From Acidobacteriota bacterium (GTDB lineage Bacteria > Acidobacteriota > Terriglobia > Terriglobales > Acidobacteriaceae), in contig JAJYVF010000015.1 in the NCBI GenBank assembly GCA_021792135.1, positions 68,130-132,129 of the forward strand: 64,000 bases of DNA, in the 5' to 3' direction. Made by a program: the position numbers and the translations under genes. The notes beneath the pieces were generated by a model. The model searched no databases. It had not been told where the DNA came from and saw only the letters and a program-made list of their open reading frames with translations. Position 1 is the first letter of the stretch. Every line of letters starts with the position of its first letter. Positions 17,784-28,223 of this stretch are shown here, one piece after another.

Positions 17784-19091
17784 TTATCCCTGTGCCATAT
17801 AAATGAAGCGCAGCACAAAGAGGACGGCCAGCAGGTAGAGCATCCAGTTTCTGCGATTCCCGGCGCCGGTGAGCAGCTGCAGCACGGCGAAGGCGATGAG
17901 GCCAAAGCTGAGGCCGGTGGCGATGGAATACGTAAGCGGGATGGATACAAGAGTCAGAAAGGAAGGCACGGCGACGACCGGATCGTCCCACTCGATCTTT
18001 CCCACGGCTCCCAGCATGAGGACCCCGACCAGCACGAGGGCCGGAGATGTGGCAAAGGCGGGGATGACTCCGGCGAGCGGGGCGACGAAGAGGGCGACGA
18101 GGAAGAGCAGGCCCGCGACAATCGCGGTGACACCGGTGCGACCGCCCACCGCTACGCCTGCTCCGGACTCGATGTAACTGGTAACCGTGCTGGTGCCGAG
18201 CAGCGATCCGACGACAGTGCTGCTGGCGTCCGCGAAGAAGATATCGCGGAGGCGGGGGATGGAGTGATCGGGGGCGATGAGGCCGGCGCGGTCGGTGACC
18301 GCGACCAGAGTGCCGAGGTTGTCGAAGAGATCGACGAAGAGAAAGACGAAGATGATTTCGAGCGCGTTGAGGTGGAGCGCGCCGCGGATATCGAGCTTCA
18401 TGCTGGTGGCGGCCAGCGCATGCAGCGAGAAGCGCTGCGGAGTCCAGTGGACCTGGCGGAGGATGATGCCCAGCAGCATGGTGCCGAGAACTCCGATGAG
18501 CATGCAGGCCTTGACGCGGAAGGCCTGCAGCAGCGCGATGAGCAGAATGCCGAAGATGGCGAGCGCGGCCGTCGGAGCGCGCAGGTTTCCCAGAGTCACC
18601 GTGGTTGCCGCGCTGGGAACGATGATGCCGGCGTTGCGCAGTCCGATGAAGGCGATGAAGAGCCCGATGCCGCCGGAGACCGCCGCGTGCAACTGGTAAG
18701 GGATGGCCGCGAGCAGCAACTGCCGGATGCCGGTGAAGGTGAGCCCGAGGAAGATGATGCCGGAGATGAAGACCGCACCGAGCGCAGTCTGCCAGGGCAC
18801 TCCCATGCCTTTGACGACGGTGTAGGTGAAGTAGGCATTGAGTCCCATGCCCGGCGCAAGAGCGATGGGGTAGTTGGCCAGAGCACCCATCACAATCGAG
18901 CCGAAGGCCGCGCAGAGGCAGGTGGCCGTGGTGACGGCCGCGAGCGACATGCCGGTTTGCGCCAGGATCGACGGGTTCACGAAGATGATGTACGCCATCG
19001 CGATGAAGGTCGTGACCCCGGCAAGGCACTCGGTGCGCCAGCTGGTGTGGTGCTCTGAGAAACGAAAATACCTCTCGAGACGGGTACGCAT
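17784..19091 (-). CDS. NCS2/AzgA-family purine (adenine/guanine/hypoxanthine) permease
   Basis: 435 aa, polytopic. The N-terminus LERYFRFSEHHTSWRTECLAGVTTFIAMAYIIFVNP is typical of the family. Confidence 0.9.
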   Translation of the reverse strand: MRTRLERYFRFSEHHTSWRTECLAGVTTFIAMAYIIFVNPSILAQTGMSLAAVTTATCLCAAFGSIVMGALANYPIALAPGMGLNAYFTYTVVKGMGVPWQTALGAVFISGIIFLGLTFTGIRQLLLAAIPYQLHAAVSGGIGLFIAFIGLRNAGIIVPSAATTVTLGNLRAPTAALAIFGILLIALLQAFRVKACMLIGVLGTMLLGIILRQVHWTPQRFSLHALAATSMKLDIRGALHLNALEIIFVFLFVDLFDNLGTLVAVTDRAGLIAPDHSIPRLRDIFFADASSTVVGSLLGTSTVTSYIESGAGVAVGGRTGVTAIVAGLLFLVALFVAPLAGVIPAFATSPALVLVGVLMLGAVGKIEWDDPVVAVPSFLTLVSIPLTYSIATGLSFGLIAFAVLQLLTGAGNRRNWMLYLLAVLFVLRFIYMAQG

Positions 19092-19285
19092 GGGCGAATG
19101 TGTCCCTCGGAAAAAGCTCAGAAGCAGGCTGCGGTGGGTTCAGGATAGTGCAAAGCGGAGCATCCCGTATCGCACGGCAACGCGGGATTCCGCGGCGCCC
19201 CGGTTGCCCGCTGCCGGTATAGTTGTGGAACACATTCCACTCTGAAGGCCGTCTTTCTACCCTTCATGTCTTGCGGAGAGCCAGA

Positions 19286-20377
19286 ATGCGCCTGTGGCTG
19301 ACGCTGCCGTTGTTGCTGTGTTTCTCCGTCGCCGGCCGCCTGGCGCCGGCTGCGCATATCCCGGTGAAGGTTGTGGTCGTGACGATGTATCAGGATGAAG
19401 ACGGCGGCGGCAGCGCTCCCGGCGAGTTTCATCTGTGGGTGGAGGGCGAGCATCTGGATCGCGTATTCCCGCTGCTGGCGGGCGATGCGCCGGAGCGGAT
19501 GAACGAATCTGGAGTGCTGGGCATGGTGACCGGCGTGGGGACGGCGAAGGCCGCAGCCAGCGTGATGGCGCTGGGACTCGATCCGCGCTTCGATCTCAGG
19601 CACGCCTGCTGGGTAATCGCGGGCATTGGGGGCGGCGATCCGGCGGATGTTTCGCTGGCCTCCGCGGTGTGGATTCGCCAGGTGGTGGACGGGGATCTTG
19701 CGCATGAGATCGATGCGCGGGAGATTCCTCCGGACTGGCCTACGGGCTACGTGCCACTGGGCAGGATTCTTCCCTATCAGCAGCCGATGACCGACAAGTA
19801 TGACCAGGTTTTCACGCTGGATGCGGCGCTGACGGAGTGGGCGTACGGTCTGACGCATGCGATTCCGCTCGCGGACAATGACACGCTGCGGGAGCGGCGC
19901 AGCCATTTTGTGCAGGCGAACGCGCGGCGGCCGCCCTTTGTCACCGAGGGCGATGAGCTCTCCGCTTCCACGTACTGGCATGGCGCGAAGCTGGATGCCT
20001 GGGCGAATGCGTGGGTGCGCTACTACACCGGCGGGAAAGGCAACTTCGTGGTGAGCGCGATGGAAGAAACCGGCACACTGCAGGCGCTTGCGTTTCTGGG
20101 CCGTGCCGGACGCGTGGACGCTTCGCGCGTGCTGGTACTGCGGACGATCAGCAACTACGATCAGCAGCCGGAAGGGCTGAGCGCCGCGGCCAGCCTGAAT
20201 GCACAGCAGGTGGGCCGTTATGGCGCCTTCCTGCCGTCGCTGGAGAGCGCCTACGCGGCAGGGCATGTGGTGGTGGACGCGCTGGTCGACGGCTGGGCGC
20301 GGTATCGAACGCGTCTGCCGGAAGTCTCCCATTCAGGTCCTGCACGGATTGCCGGAAGGAAGGTCGACCCGTGGTAG
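19286..20377 (+). CDS. Purine nucleoside permease (NUP family)
   Basis: Signal peptide MRLWLTLPLLLCFS. KVVVVTMYQDE...GEFHLW...VTGVGTAKAAASVMALGLDPRFDL...IAGIGGGDP matches the NUP family as I remember it. Confidence 0.75.
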   Translation: MRLWLTLPLLLCFSVAGRLAPAAHIPVKVVVVTMYQDEDGGGSAPGEFHLWVEGEHLDRVFPLLAGDAPERMNESGVLGMVTGVGTAKAAASVMALGLDPRFDLRHACWVIAGIGGGDPADVSLASAVWIRQVVDGDLAHEIDAREIPPDWPTGYVPLGRILPYQQPMTDKYDQVFTLDAALTEWAYGLTHAIPLADNDTLRERRSHFVQANARRPPFVTEGDELSASTYWHGAKLDAWANAWVRYYTGGKGNFVVSAMEETGTLQALAFLGRAGRVDASRVLVLRTISNYDQQPEGLSAAASLNAQQVGRYGAFLPSLESAYAAGHVVVDALVDGWARYRTRLPEVSHSGPARIAGRKVDPW

Positions 20378-20388
20378 AGTAAGCACCG

Positions 20389-20844
20389 ATGACCGCGGAC
20401 GAGCGAATGGCAGAACTGCGCCTGGTGCTCCCGCCGCCTCCGGCGCCGGGTGGCAGTTATCTGCCGGCGAGGCAGGCCGGGCCTTTGTTGTTTCTCTCTG
20501 GCGTCGTCTCCACGGACGAGCACGGCGTTCTCACCGGCACCGTGGGCGCGGATCGCAGCATCGAAGAAGGCTGCTATGCGGCGCGGCGGTGCGCTCTCAC
20601 GCAACTCGCCGTCATTCGCCATACGCTGGGAAGCCTGGATCGGGTGGAACAGATTGTCAGCGTGAACGGCTACGTCAACGCGGTGGCCGGCTTTCCCGAC
20701 TCGCCCAAAGTCATCAACGGCGCTTCGGATCTGCTCATCGAGGTTTTCGGCGAAGCCGGCCGTCACGCGCGAGCGGCTCTTGGCGTCCATGCTCTTCCAC
20801 GCCGGGCAATGGTGGAACTCCAGATGATTGTGGCTGTGCGATGA
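20389..20844 (+). CDS. RidA/YjgF-family protein
   Basis: 151 aa with the motifs LLFLSGVVSTDE, SVNGYVN and ARAALGV. Confidence 0.8.
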   Translation: MTADERMAELRLVLPPPPAPGGSYLPARQAGPLLFLSGVVSTDEHGVLTGTVGADRSIEEGCYAARRCALTQLAVIRHTLGSLDRVEQIVSVNGYVNAVAGFPDSPKVINGASDLLIEVFGEAGRHARAALGVHALPRRAMVELQMIVAVR

Positions 20845-20895
20845 ACCGTCCTGGCTCTCCGGTTCCGGGGGCAGGGCGGGAAGCGGTTGTGTTAA

Positions 20896-21374
20896 TTAAG
20901 CAGCCTGCCTGGGTGCGGGACGGCAGTTTTTCGAAGGCGCGCCTTCCGCGCGGATGGCAGCTTGCGTGATGCGTTCGCTGAAATCGATCAGGGCGTCCCA
21001 GTCGGCGTCGCCCAGCTCCCGGCGCAGCCGGTCCTGCGCGCGTTCCCAGTAGGGAGTTGCCATCTCCAGCAGCTTCTCGCCGCGCTCCGTGAGGCAATAC
21101 ACGCGGCGTCCGCGTTCGCCCAGCTTCATGCGCACCCACCCGGACTGCCGCGCCGAGGCGAGTCGGCGGGAGAATGTCTCCTCCGATGCCGCGAACTTAC
21201 GGGCCAGATCGCAGTGCGCGATCTCCCCCGCTTCGAAGATGGTCCGCAGGATGATGAATTGTGTCGAGCGCAGCCCGGTGGGGCGAGAACCAGGTCGTAC
21301 AAATGACCAACGGCGCGGCTGGCGCGGCGAAGGTTCGAGCAGGCACAGGACGACATCGTAAGCGTAGACGGCAT
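20896..21374 (-). pseudogene. MarR-family regulator with a 1-nt frameshift
   Basis: Frame A reads MPSTLTMSSCACSNLRRASRAVGHLYDLVLAP. Frame B continues TGLRSTQFIILRTIFEAGEIAHCDLARKF...WVRMKLGERGRRVYCLTERG. The junction is at GGGG 21280-21283 (CCCC on the coding strand). One extra C would restore LAPTGLRSTQF. Confidence 0.75.
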
Positions 21375-21600
21375 AAGCTCCTGTCCCAGTCGGAAATCAG
21401 GCCAGCCCCTGCTCGGGCCGATCCTGCCACACCATGCTTCGCGATAGCACAGACCCGGCATGCGGCGCCACATGCGATCAATAGCATGGATGCACGTGCA
21501 GCAACTTTCGCCGCCCGCGTCAGGCGCACATTGACGCGGGATTCCTTGTTCCTCCACAGGCACAGCCTGCGCTGCACGTTTGCGATTGCTGCCGATGGCG

Positions 21601-22842
21601 TCAGACGGCGCGGCAGCCGCCCACGAAAACCATGGCTGCCCGCTGGTCGCCGAAGAAATACGGCAGCTCGCGATAGTCCTCCGCGTCATGAATCACAAAA
21701 TCGGCCAGTTTGCCCGGATCGAGCGACCCGGATTCGCGGCCGCGGTTCAGGCTGTAAGCCGCGTTGATGGTCGCAGCCGTCAGCGCTTCGGCGGGCGTCA
21801 TCTGCATCTGCGCGCAGGCCAGCGACATCACCATGCGCATGGAGGTCGTCGGCGACGATCCGGGGTTGAAGTCCGTCGCCAGCACTACGGCCAGCCCCGC
21901 CTCGATCATCTCCCGCGCCGGAGGATATTTCGTCGAGCGGATCGCATAAACAGAGGCGGGCAGAAGCACCGGCTGCACACCACTCCGCGCCAGGGCGGCG
22001 ATCGAGGCGGCGCCTGCGTGCTCCAGGTGATCGCAGGTCTGCGCAGCCAGTTCGGCGGCCAGCTCCGCGCCGCCGATCGAAGTGAACTGATCGGCGTGGA
22101 TGCGCAGGCGCAGCCCATGCTGCTTTGCCGCCCTGAGAACGCGGCGCGCCTGATCGGGAGTGAAGACCCCGGTCTCGCAGAACACATCGCAGTACTCCGC
22201 GAGGCGCTCTTCGGCAACGCGGCGCAGCATCTCGTCGATGACGACGCGGGTGTAGTCGTCGGCGCGGCCCAGGTACTCTTCGGGAATCTCATGCGCGCCG
22301 AGGAAGGTGGGAACGACGCGCAGGCGCGTTGATTGCCCGAGGCGGCGCATCGCACGCAGGATCTTCAGCTCGTCTTCGGTCCGCAGGCCATAGCCGGACT
22401 TGGCTTCCACCGTCGTGGTGCCTCCGGCAAGGAACCAGCCCGCATAGCGACTGGCCGCGGCGACGAGTTCATCTTCCGAGGCGGCGCGCGTCTGCCGCAC
22501 GGTCGCGCAAATGCCCCCGCCGGCCTCGGCGATTTCCCGGTAAGTTGCGCCCGCGCAGCGCTGCTCGAACTCCCGCGCGCGATTGCCGGCGAAGACCAGA
22601 TGCGTGTGCGCGTCGACGAAGCCGGGCGTGACAAGGCGGCCTCCGGCATCGACGACTTCGGGATCGCGCGCCACTTGCTCAAGGTCTGCCACGACGCCCA
22701 CCGCGACGATGCGGCCATCCCGCACCAGCATGGAGCCACCGGGAAGAATCGCGAGTTCGCGCAGCTCCGCGCCGGTTCGGGGGCGCGGTGGCCCGGCGAG
22801 GGTCACAATCTGCGACGTATGGGTCAGCAGCAGGTCGGTCAT
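21601..22842 (-). CDS. hutI: Imidazolonepropionase
   Basis: [19 protein letters not shown]...GGGI, HADQ. ATG at 22842 (MTDLLLTH...) overlaps the hutG stop as ATGA. Confidence 0.9.
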   Translation of the reverse strand: MTDLLLTHTSQIVTLAGPPRPRTGAELRELAILPGGSMLVRDGRIVAVGVVADLEQVARDPEVVDAGGRLVTPGFVDAHTHLVFAGNRAREFEQRCAGATYREIAEAGGGICATVRQTRAASEDELVAAASRYAGWFLAGGTTTVEAKSGYGLRTEDELKILRAMRRLGQSTRLRVVPTFLGAHEIPEEYLGRADDYTRVVIDEMLRRVAEERLAEYCDVFCETGVFTPDQARRVLRAAKQHGLRLRIHADQFTSIGGAELAAELAAQTCDHLEHAGAASIAALARSGVQPVLLPASVYAIRSTKYPPAREMIEAGLAVVLATDFNPGSSPTTSMRMVMSLACAQMQMTPAEALTAATINAAYSLNRGRESGSLDPGKLADFVIHDAEDYRELPYFFGDQRAAMVFVGGCRAV

Positions 22843-23774
22843 CGGCGGCTCAGCACTCCCGAGGCAAACGACAGCAGGCATGCTGCCGCAGCCATCGAAG
22901 TGACGTCGTTGATGTCGCGCGTGGGATCGATCTCCACCAGATCCATCACCCGCACTCTCGGATGCTGCCCGCAGTGCCAGGCCGCCCGCCGCAGTTCCTG
23001 CGGCGTAATGCCGCCGGGACGCGATCCGGCAGTGGCCGGAGCACAGGCGCGGTCGAGGACATCCAGATCCAGGTCCACATACAGGACCTCCGAGCGCTTC
23101 GACAGACTCTGCAGCGCCCGCTGGGTCACAATCTCAATGCCCTCCTGCACCACCTGCTCCACCGGGATCACCTGAATGCCCGCATCATCGGCAACGCGCA
23201 GATAGGCCGTTGAGTTGGCGAAGGACTGAATTCCGATCTGAACGATGTTCTCGCCTGGCAGGCCGTCGGCCAGCAGAGCGCGAACGGGATTGCCATTGCG
23301 CAGCCCGCCCTCAAGCGTACGCAGATCGAGATGGGCATCGAGGGTAAGCAGCGCTGCCTTGTTCAGATCGCCGCTCATTCCGCGCAGCGCGGGCCGGGTA
23401 ATGGAGTTGTCGCCGCCCAGCAGCACCAGAGCCTCGGCGCCTTTCAGGGCACCGGCAACAGCTTCGCGGATCGGTTCCTGCGCCGCTTCGACGGAAGACT
23501 CAGCAAGAGGCAGGCCGCCCAGGTCCTGTGCCTGCAGCTCACGCACGTCGCAGCGGTGGGCCAGGTCGCAGGTGCTGAAGCGCGCGAGCGCGGCGCGGAT
23601 CGCGGCGGGCGCCAGATCGCAGCGGCTGGGCGTGATCGAGCCCAGAGTCAGCGGCACGCCGAGAAACCGCAGTAATCGGCGCGCGCCGGGCGCGTGATCC
23701 CCGGCAAGCCATTGCGAAGCACGTGGCCAGTGCCGGTCCTCGTGCAGGGGCGGAGTCCCTGCCGCTTCGCTCAC
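22839..23774 (-). CDS. hutG: Formimidoylglutamase (arginase-fold)
   Basis: [15 protein letters not shown] and DLDVLD Mn-site motifs. The GTG start at 23774 overlaps the hutU stop as GTGA. Confidence 0.85.
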   Translation of the reverse strand: MSEAAGTPPLHEDRHWPRASQWLAGDHAPGARRLLRFLGVPLTLGSITPSRCDLAPAAIRAALARFSTCDLAHRCDVRELQAQDLGGLPLAESSVEAAQEPIREAVAGALKGAEALVLLGGDNSITRPALRGMSGDLNKAALLTLDAHLDLRTLEGGLRNGNPVRALLADGLPGENIVQIGIQSFANSTAYLRVADDAGIQVIPVEQVVQEGIEIVTQRALQSLSKRSEVLYVDLDLDVLDRACAPATAGSRPGGITPQELRRAAWHCGQHPRVRVMDLVEIDPTRDINDVTSMAAAACLLSFASGVLSRR

Positions 23775-25438
23775 CGGGCCGCCTCGCGCATCGGAATCCT
23801 GAGCCCTGCGCGCTCGGCAAACTCGATGGCTTTGCTGTAGCCCGCATCGACATGGCGCATCACGCCCGTTCCCGGATCGGTGGTCAGGACGCGCTCCAGG
23901 CGCTGCGCAGCCGCATCGCTGCCGTCAGCTACGACCACCATGCCCGCATGCAGCGAGTAGCCGATGCCCACACCGCCGCCGTTGTGGATGCTCACCCATG
24001 AAGCGCCTGCCGCCGTGTTCGCCAGCGCATTCAGCAGCGGCCAGTCGGCAACGGCATCGGAGCCATCCTGCATGGCTTCTGTTTCACGATAGGGGGAAGC
24101 TACCGAGCCGGCGTCGAGATGATCGCGGCCGATGACGATGGGCGCGTGGATTTCGCCTTTGCGGACCAGCTCATTCATGGCAAGGCCGAACTTCGCCCGC
24201 TGGCCGTAGCCCAGCCAGCAGATACGGGCCGGCAGCCCCTGAAAGTGAATCCGCGTCTGCGCCAGCCCGATCCAGCGGCGCAGGCTCGCGTCCTCCGGAA
24301 AGAGCTCCAGGGCCAGCCGGTCGGTGCGGTAGATATCTTCCGGATCGCCGGACAACGCCACCCACCGGAACGGCCCCCTGCCTTCGCAGAAGAGCGGGCG
24401 GATGTACTCGGGCACGAAACCGGGGATGTCGAAGGCATCTTCCACGCCCGCCAGCTTTGCCTGCGTGCGGATGTTGTTGCCGTAGTCGAAGGTGACAGCG
24501 CCGCGCCGTTTCAGCTCCAGCATGGCGCGCACATGCTCCCCCATGGTTCGCATCGACTGCCGCACGTATTCCTCGGGGTTCACCTCCCTGAGCCGCAGCG
24601 CTTCGGCCAGGCTCATACCGTTGGGCACGTACCCGTTCAGTGGATCGTGCGCGCTTGTCTGGTCCGTCAGCAGATCCGGCACCACGCCGCGCCGGATCAG
24701 ATTCGGCAGCACATCGGCCGCATTCGCCACCAGGCCGACTGAAACGGCTGTGCCGTCTTTCGCCGAGCGGTCGAGGATGCCCAGGGCCTCGTCGAGCGTC
24801 CCCGCCACGTGGTCGCAGTAGCCGCTGGCCAGGCGCTTGCGGATTCTCTCCGGATCCACCTCCACGCCGAGGAAACGAGCGCCGTTCATGGTGGCGGCCA
24901 GCGGCTGCGCTCCTCCCATGCCGCCCATACCGGCGGAGACAATCAGCCGGCCCTCGAGATCCCCGCCGAAGTGCTGCCGCCCGGCTTCCGCAAAGGTTTC
25001 GAAGGTCCCCTGCACAATCCCCTGGCTGCCGATGTAGATCCAGGAGCCGGCCGTCATCTGGCCGAACATCATCAGCCCTTTACGTTCCAGCTCATGAAAA
25101 TGCTCCCAGGTGGACCAGCGCCCCACCAGGTTCGCGTTGGCGATGAGCACCCGCGGCGCGGCCTCGTGGGTGCGCAGAATGCCAACGGGCTTGCCGGACT
25201 GGATCAGCAGGGTTTCGTCATTGCCAAGGGTCCGAAGCGCCCGCACGATGGCCTCGAAGCACTCCCAGTTACGCGCCGCCTTCCCCGTGCCCCCATAGAC
25301 CACCAGATCCTCGGGCCGCTCGGCCACCTCGGGATCCAGATTATTCATCAGCATGCGCAGCGCAGCTTCCTGCTGCCATCCACGCGTCTGGAGCGTCGTC
25401 CCCCGCGGCGCCCGCACCGTCGTCGTTCCGGTTGCCAT
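23771..25438 (-). CDS. hutU: Urocanate hydratase
   Basis: [62 protein letters not shown] at 25438 (MATGTTT...) gives a typical 555-aa length. The track start at 25600 is TTG. Confidence 0.9.
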   Translation of the reverse strand: MATGTTTVRAPRGTTLQTRGWQQEAALRMLMNNLDPEVAERPEDLVVYGGTGKAARNWECFEAIVRALRTLGNDETLLIQSGKPVGILRTHEAAPRVLIANANLVGRWSTWEHFHELERKGLMMFGQMTAGSWIYIGSQGIVQGTFETFAEAGRQHFGGDLEGRLIVSAGMGGMGGAQPLAATMNGARFLGVEVDPERIRKRLASGYCDHVAGTLDEALGILDRSAKDGTAVSVGLVANAADVLPNLIRRGVVPDLLTDQTSAHDPLNGYVPNGMSLAEALRLREVNPEEYVRQSMRTMGEHVRAMLELKRRGAVTFDYGNNIRTQAKLAGVEDAFDIPGFVPEYIRPLFCEGRGPFRWVALSGDPEDIYRTDRLALELFPEDASLRRWIGLAQTRIHFQGLPARICWLGYGQRAKFGLAMNELVRKGEIHAPIVIGRDHLDAGSVASPYRETEAMQDGSDAVADWPLLNALANTAAGASWVSIHNGGGVGIGYSLHAGMVVVADGSDAAAQRLERVLTTDPGTGVMRHVDAGYSKAIEFAERAGLRIPMREAAR

Positions 25439-26084
25439 AGCCCGTGCTCCCCCGGCCGCCGCCGCATTGGCCAACGCAGCCCCGCCGGCGCGACCGAACG
25501 AATGATAGTAGAGCATCGGCGTCTGCATGGCCATACCCGGGGTCTGTCGGTTATTGCCTGCCCCGGTGCGCTTCCGGGACCCATACCGCGGATTGGCCAA
25601 CCGCTAACGCCTTCCGCTGACGAGTTCTGAAATGACACCGCCAGGGCGCAAAAGGCCGCTCCTCTTCCACCAGGCGAAATTGCCACCCCCCGAAGATTGC
25701 ATTTTCGGGATGCGCGTGCAACACTGAACACCTCTTCCCCCATCGAAAACCGAGTTCCTGTGGAACCGACGAGGAGCACATGATGGACAGGGGCGCGCAG
25801 GTGTCCGCGGCGCCCCGGCGTTGACAACCGCGAACAGTCGCCCTGCCTCTCTCCTCCCGGGATGGGTTTCGCTTTCGCGATCGCTGTACTTCAAATCCCT
25901 CTCCCCCGACAAGCTCAAGCCGTCTGTACCAGGGCCTCTGAGCCAGGCCGCCGTGGCTGGTGGACTCGTGCGGCCACGCCCCCCTGAGAATCGAGTCAAA
26001 TGCAATCGCCCGCGGGGCGAGCCTTCCTCCTCCCGGTCCCGCCAGCTGCTCCTGCTGCCCTCTGCTGCCGATAAAGGAGGAGAG

Positions 26085-26621
26085 ATGAAATCTCGTTTTC
26101 AGCCTTGTCTCCCGCTGCTTGTCCCGGCTCTGGCTGTCTTTTGCCTTGCGACCTGCCGCGCACAGCAGGTCGCGCTCGCCGGCAGCCAGCCGCCCGTTAC
26201 GCTGCCATCCGCGCCAACCCCAGGGCCGGCTGAATCCTCCAGTGCCTACCCTGACCCGTTCGCGGTCATCCCCGCGCCCCAGCCTGCTGTGCACAAGCCG
26301 CCGCGCATGAATCTGCTGGACTGGAGCGGGATTGCCGCCGCCACCACCCTCCGGGTGCTCGACTACACCACCACGGAAGAGGCCATGGCCCACCCGCAGT
26401 ACTACCACGAGAACATCCTGCCCACTGCCCTGGTGAAGAACAAGCCGGCCTTCGCGGCCTTTCAGGCGGGCACAGTCGTCCTCAACTATGGTGCGTACCG
26501 GTATCTGCTCCGCCACAACCTGCGCTCCCTCGCCCGGGTCTCGCAATACCTCTATGTGAGCGTCATGGCCTTCCAGGTCAGCAGCAACTATCAGACCCTG
26601 GGGAAGATTCCAGGCCATTAG
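26085..26621 (+). CDS. Hypothetical secreted protein
   Basis: ATG at 26085 follows AAGGAGG. Signal peptide MKSRFQPCLPLLVPALAVFCLATCRAQ, then a Pro-rich linker, then a hydrophobic C-terminal half. No motif recognised. Confidence 0.55.
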   Translation: MKSRFQPCLPLLVPALAVFCLATCRAQQVALAGSQPPVTLPSAPTPGPAESSSAYPDPFAVIPAPQPAVHKPPRMNLLDWSGIAAATTLRVLDYTTTEEAMAHPQYYHENILPTALVKNKPAFAAFQAGTVVLNYGAYRYLLRHNLRSLARVSQYLYVSVMAFQVSSNYQTLGKIPGH

Positions 26622-26774
26622 CGCGGATTCCCCCCGGCACGTCGCCTTCATCCGCGTGCCGGCAATCTTCCCGGGATCCGGGACATTCCCTGCCGCGCAG
26701 CCGAGGAGATACCGAAATCCGCGGGGAAAAATGAGAAGATGTCCTTGCAGGAAAACTACAGGAGACTCAACGCG

Positions 26775-27227
26775 ATGAAGAAGCTGTACTTGTCGATGTG
26801 GAGAGGCGGCCTGATCTCGGTAGCCGTCATGACCGTCTGTCTGTCCGGCACCGCTTTCGCCCAGCACAAGGCCATTGACTACAAGCCGGGGATGCCCTTC
26901 AGCGATGGGTACGTCGCCGGGAACACGCTCTACGTCGCCGGTCAGCAGGGCCCGGACGCTTCGGGTAACGTCACAGGGCTCGATATCACCGAGCAGACCA
27001 CCAATGCCATCGCCGCCGTCAGGAAGGTGGTTGAACACGCGGGATTCAAAATGTCGGACCTGGTGTCCGTCACGGTGTACATCACCGATCTGAACGACCT
27101 CCGGAAGATGAACGATGTCTATATCAAGCTCATGCCGAACCCCAAGCCGGCCCGAGCCACGGTCGAGGTCGCAGGCCTGATCGGCGGCGCAAAGATTGAG
27201 ATCTCAGCTGTCGCGGTGAAGCACTAA
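26775..27227 (+). CDS. Exported RidA-family protein
   Basis: Signal peptide ending AFA-QH. RidA core: YVAGNTLYVAGQQG, VTVYITDL, PARATVEVAGL. Confidence 0.8.
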   Translation: MKKLYLSMWRGGLISVAVMTVCLSGTAFAQHKAIDYKPGMPFSDGYVAGNTLYVAGQQGPDASGNVTGLDITEQTTNAIAAVRKVVEHAGFKMSDLVSVTVYITDLNDLRKMNDVYIKLMPNPKPARATVEVAGLIGGAKIEISAVAVKH

Positions 27228-27399
27228 GCTGTCTCGCCCGGAAGAGGAGGCTGGAGGGAACAGAATCGAGGCAGCCAGTCCCCCCAGGATTGGCTACTCT
27301 GCTTCGGATCTCCGGGCCGCCTTTCTCAAGTTCGTCCCGGATCACGTGTTCGACGAATCATGTCGCGACGTCCCGCCAAATCTCCGCCTTCATTCCTGA

Positions 27400-28221
27400 A
27401 TGAACCAAGCCGGCATAGCCCCGCAGCGGATTGCAGGACTTTCACAAAAAATTGGTAGGGTAGGAAGAGAAGGGACACTGATCTTGACTTCAACACAATC
27501 CACACCGGTCGTTCGCTACAGCCTGGAGGAGTTCCGCAGGGCCGTCCTCTCGCCCGCGCCGCGCACCGCCGTCTTCGACTGCGACGGCACTCTGTGGAGC
27601 GGCGATACCGGTTACGGTTTCATGGCCTGGTCGATGGAGGCTGGGCTGCTCTCGCGCAATGCCTCCGACTGGATCGACGCCCGCCATCGCCTGTACCGCC
27701 AGGGCAAGGTTTCCGAGGTGGGGATCTGCGGGGAAATGGTTCAGGTCTACGCGGGACTGCGCGAAGAGGAGCTGCGCCGCGCCGCCGCCCGCTACTTCGT
27801 CACCAACGTCGAGGCGCAGATATTTCCCGAAATGCTGGCCCTGGTGGCCGACCTGCGCGCAGCAGGCGCCGACATCTGGGCGGTCAGCTCGACCAACAAC
27901 TGGGTGATCGAGGAAGGCGTCTGGCGTTTCGGAATCGCCCCGGAGCGCGTGCTCGCGGCTGAGGTTCATGTCCATGATGGGCTGATCAGCAGCGACCTGA
28001 TCGACGTGCCCACCGATGAAGGCAAGGCCGAAGCCCTGCGCCGTGCCGGAGTTCCCTCTCCCACCGCGGTCTTCGGCAACTCCATTCACGATGCAGCCAT
28101 GCTCGAAGTCGCGGAACACGCCTTTCCCGTGAATCCAACTCCCGGCCTGATCGAAATCTCTGTGCGGCATGGCTGGACGGTTTACTATCCCGAAGCCGTG
28201 CTCACCGACCACACGAAATAG
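27400..28221 (+). CDS. HAD-superfamily (subfamily IB-like) hydrolase
   Basis: Motif I is AVFDCDGTLW. Later motifs are VSSTNNW and GNSIHDAAML. The true start may lie downstream of 27400. Confidence 0.8.
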   Translation: MNQAGIAPQRIAGLSQKIGRVGREGTLILTSTQSTPVVRYSLEEFRRAVLSPAPRTAVFDCDGTLWSGDTGYGFMAWSMEAGLLSRNASDWIDARHRLYRQGKVSEVGICGEMVQVYAGLREEELRRAAARYFVTNVEAQIFPEMLALVADLRAAGADIWAVSSTNNWVIEEGVWRFGIAPERVLAAEVHVHDGLISSDLIDVPTDEGKAEALRRAGVPSPTAVFGNSIHDAAMLEVAEHAFPVNPTPGLIEISVRHGWTVYYPEAVLTDHTK

Positions 28222-28223
28222 CC

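Noticed and set aside
19092-19285. Possible purine riboswitch upstream of the purine permease genes.
   Set aside because: Reading both strands, I could not find the conserved junction sequences or the three-way-junction layout of the purine riboswitch.
25551-27038. 495-aa minus-strand ORF spanning the hutU-upstream gap and two plus-strand genes.
   Set aside because: It has no recognisable motifs and a skewed composition. It overlaps two plus-strand genes that have good RBS and signal peptides.
27228-27399. Possible cobalamin riboswitch ahead of the HAD / BtuF-like genes.
   Set aside because: There is no B12-box-like element (no GCCACTG core) and no matching helices by eye. An Infernal scan would settle this.
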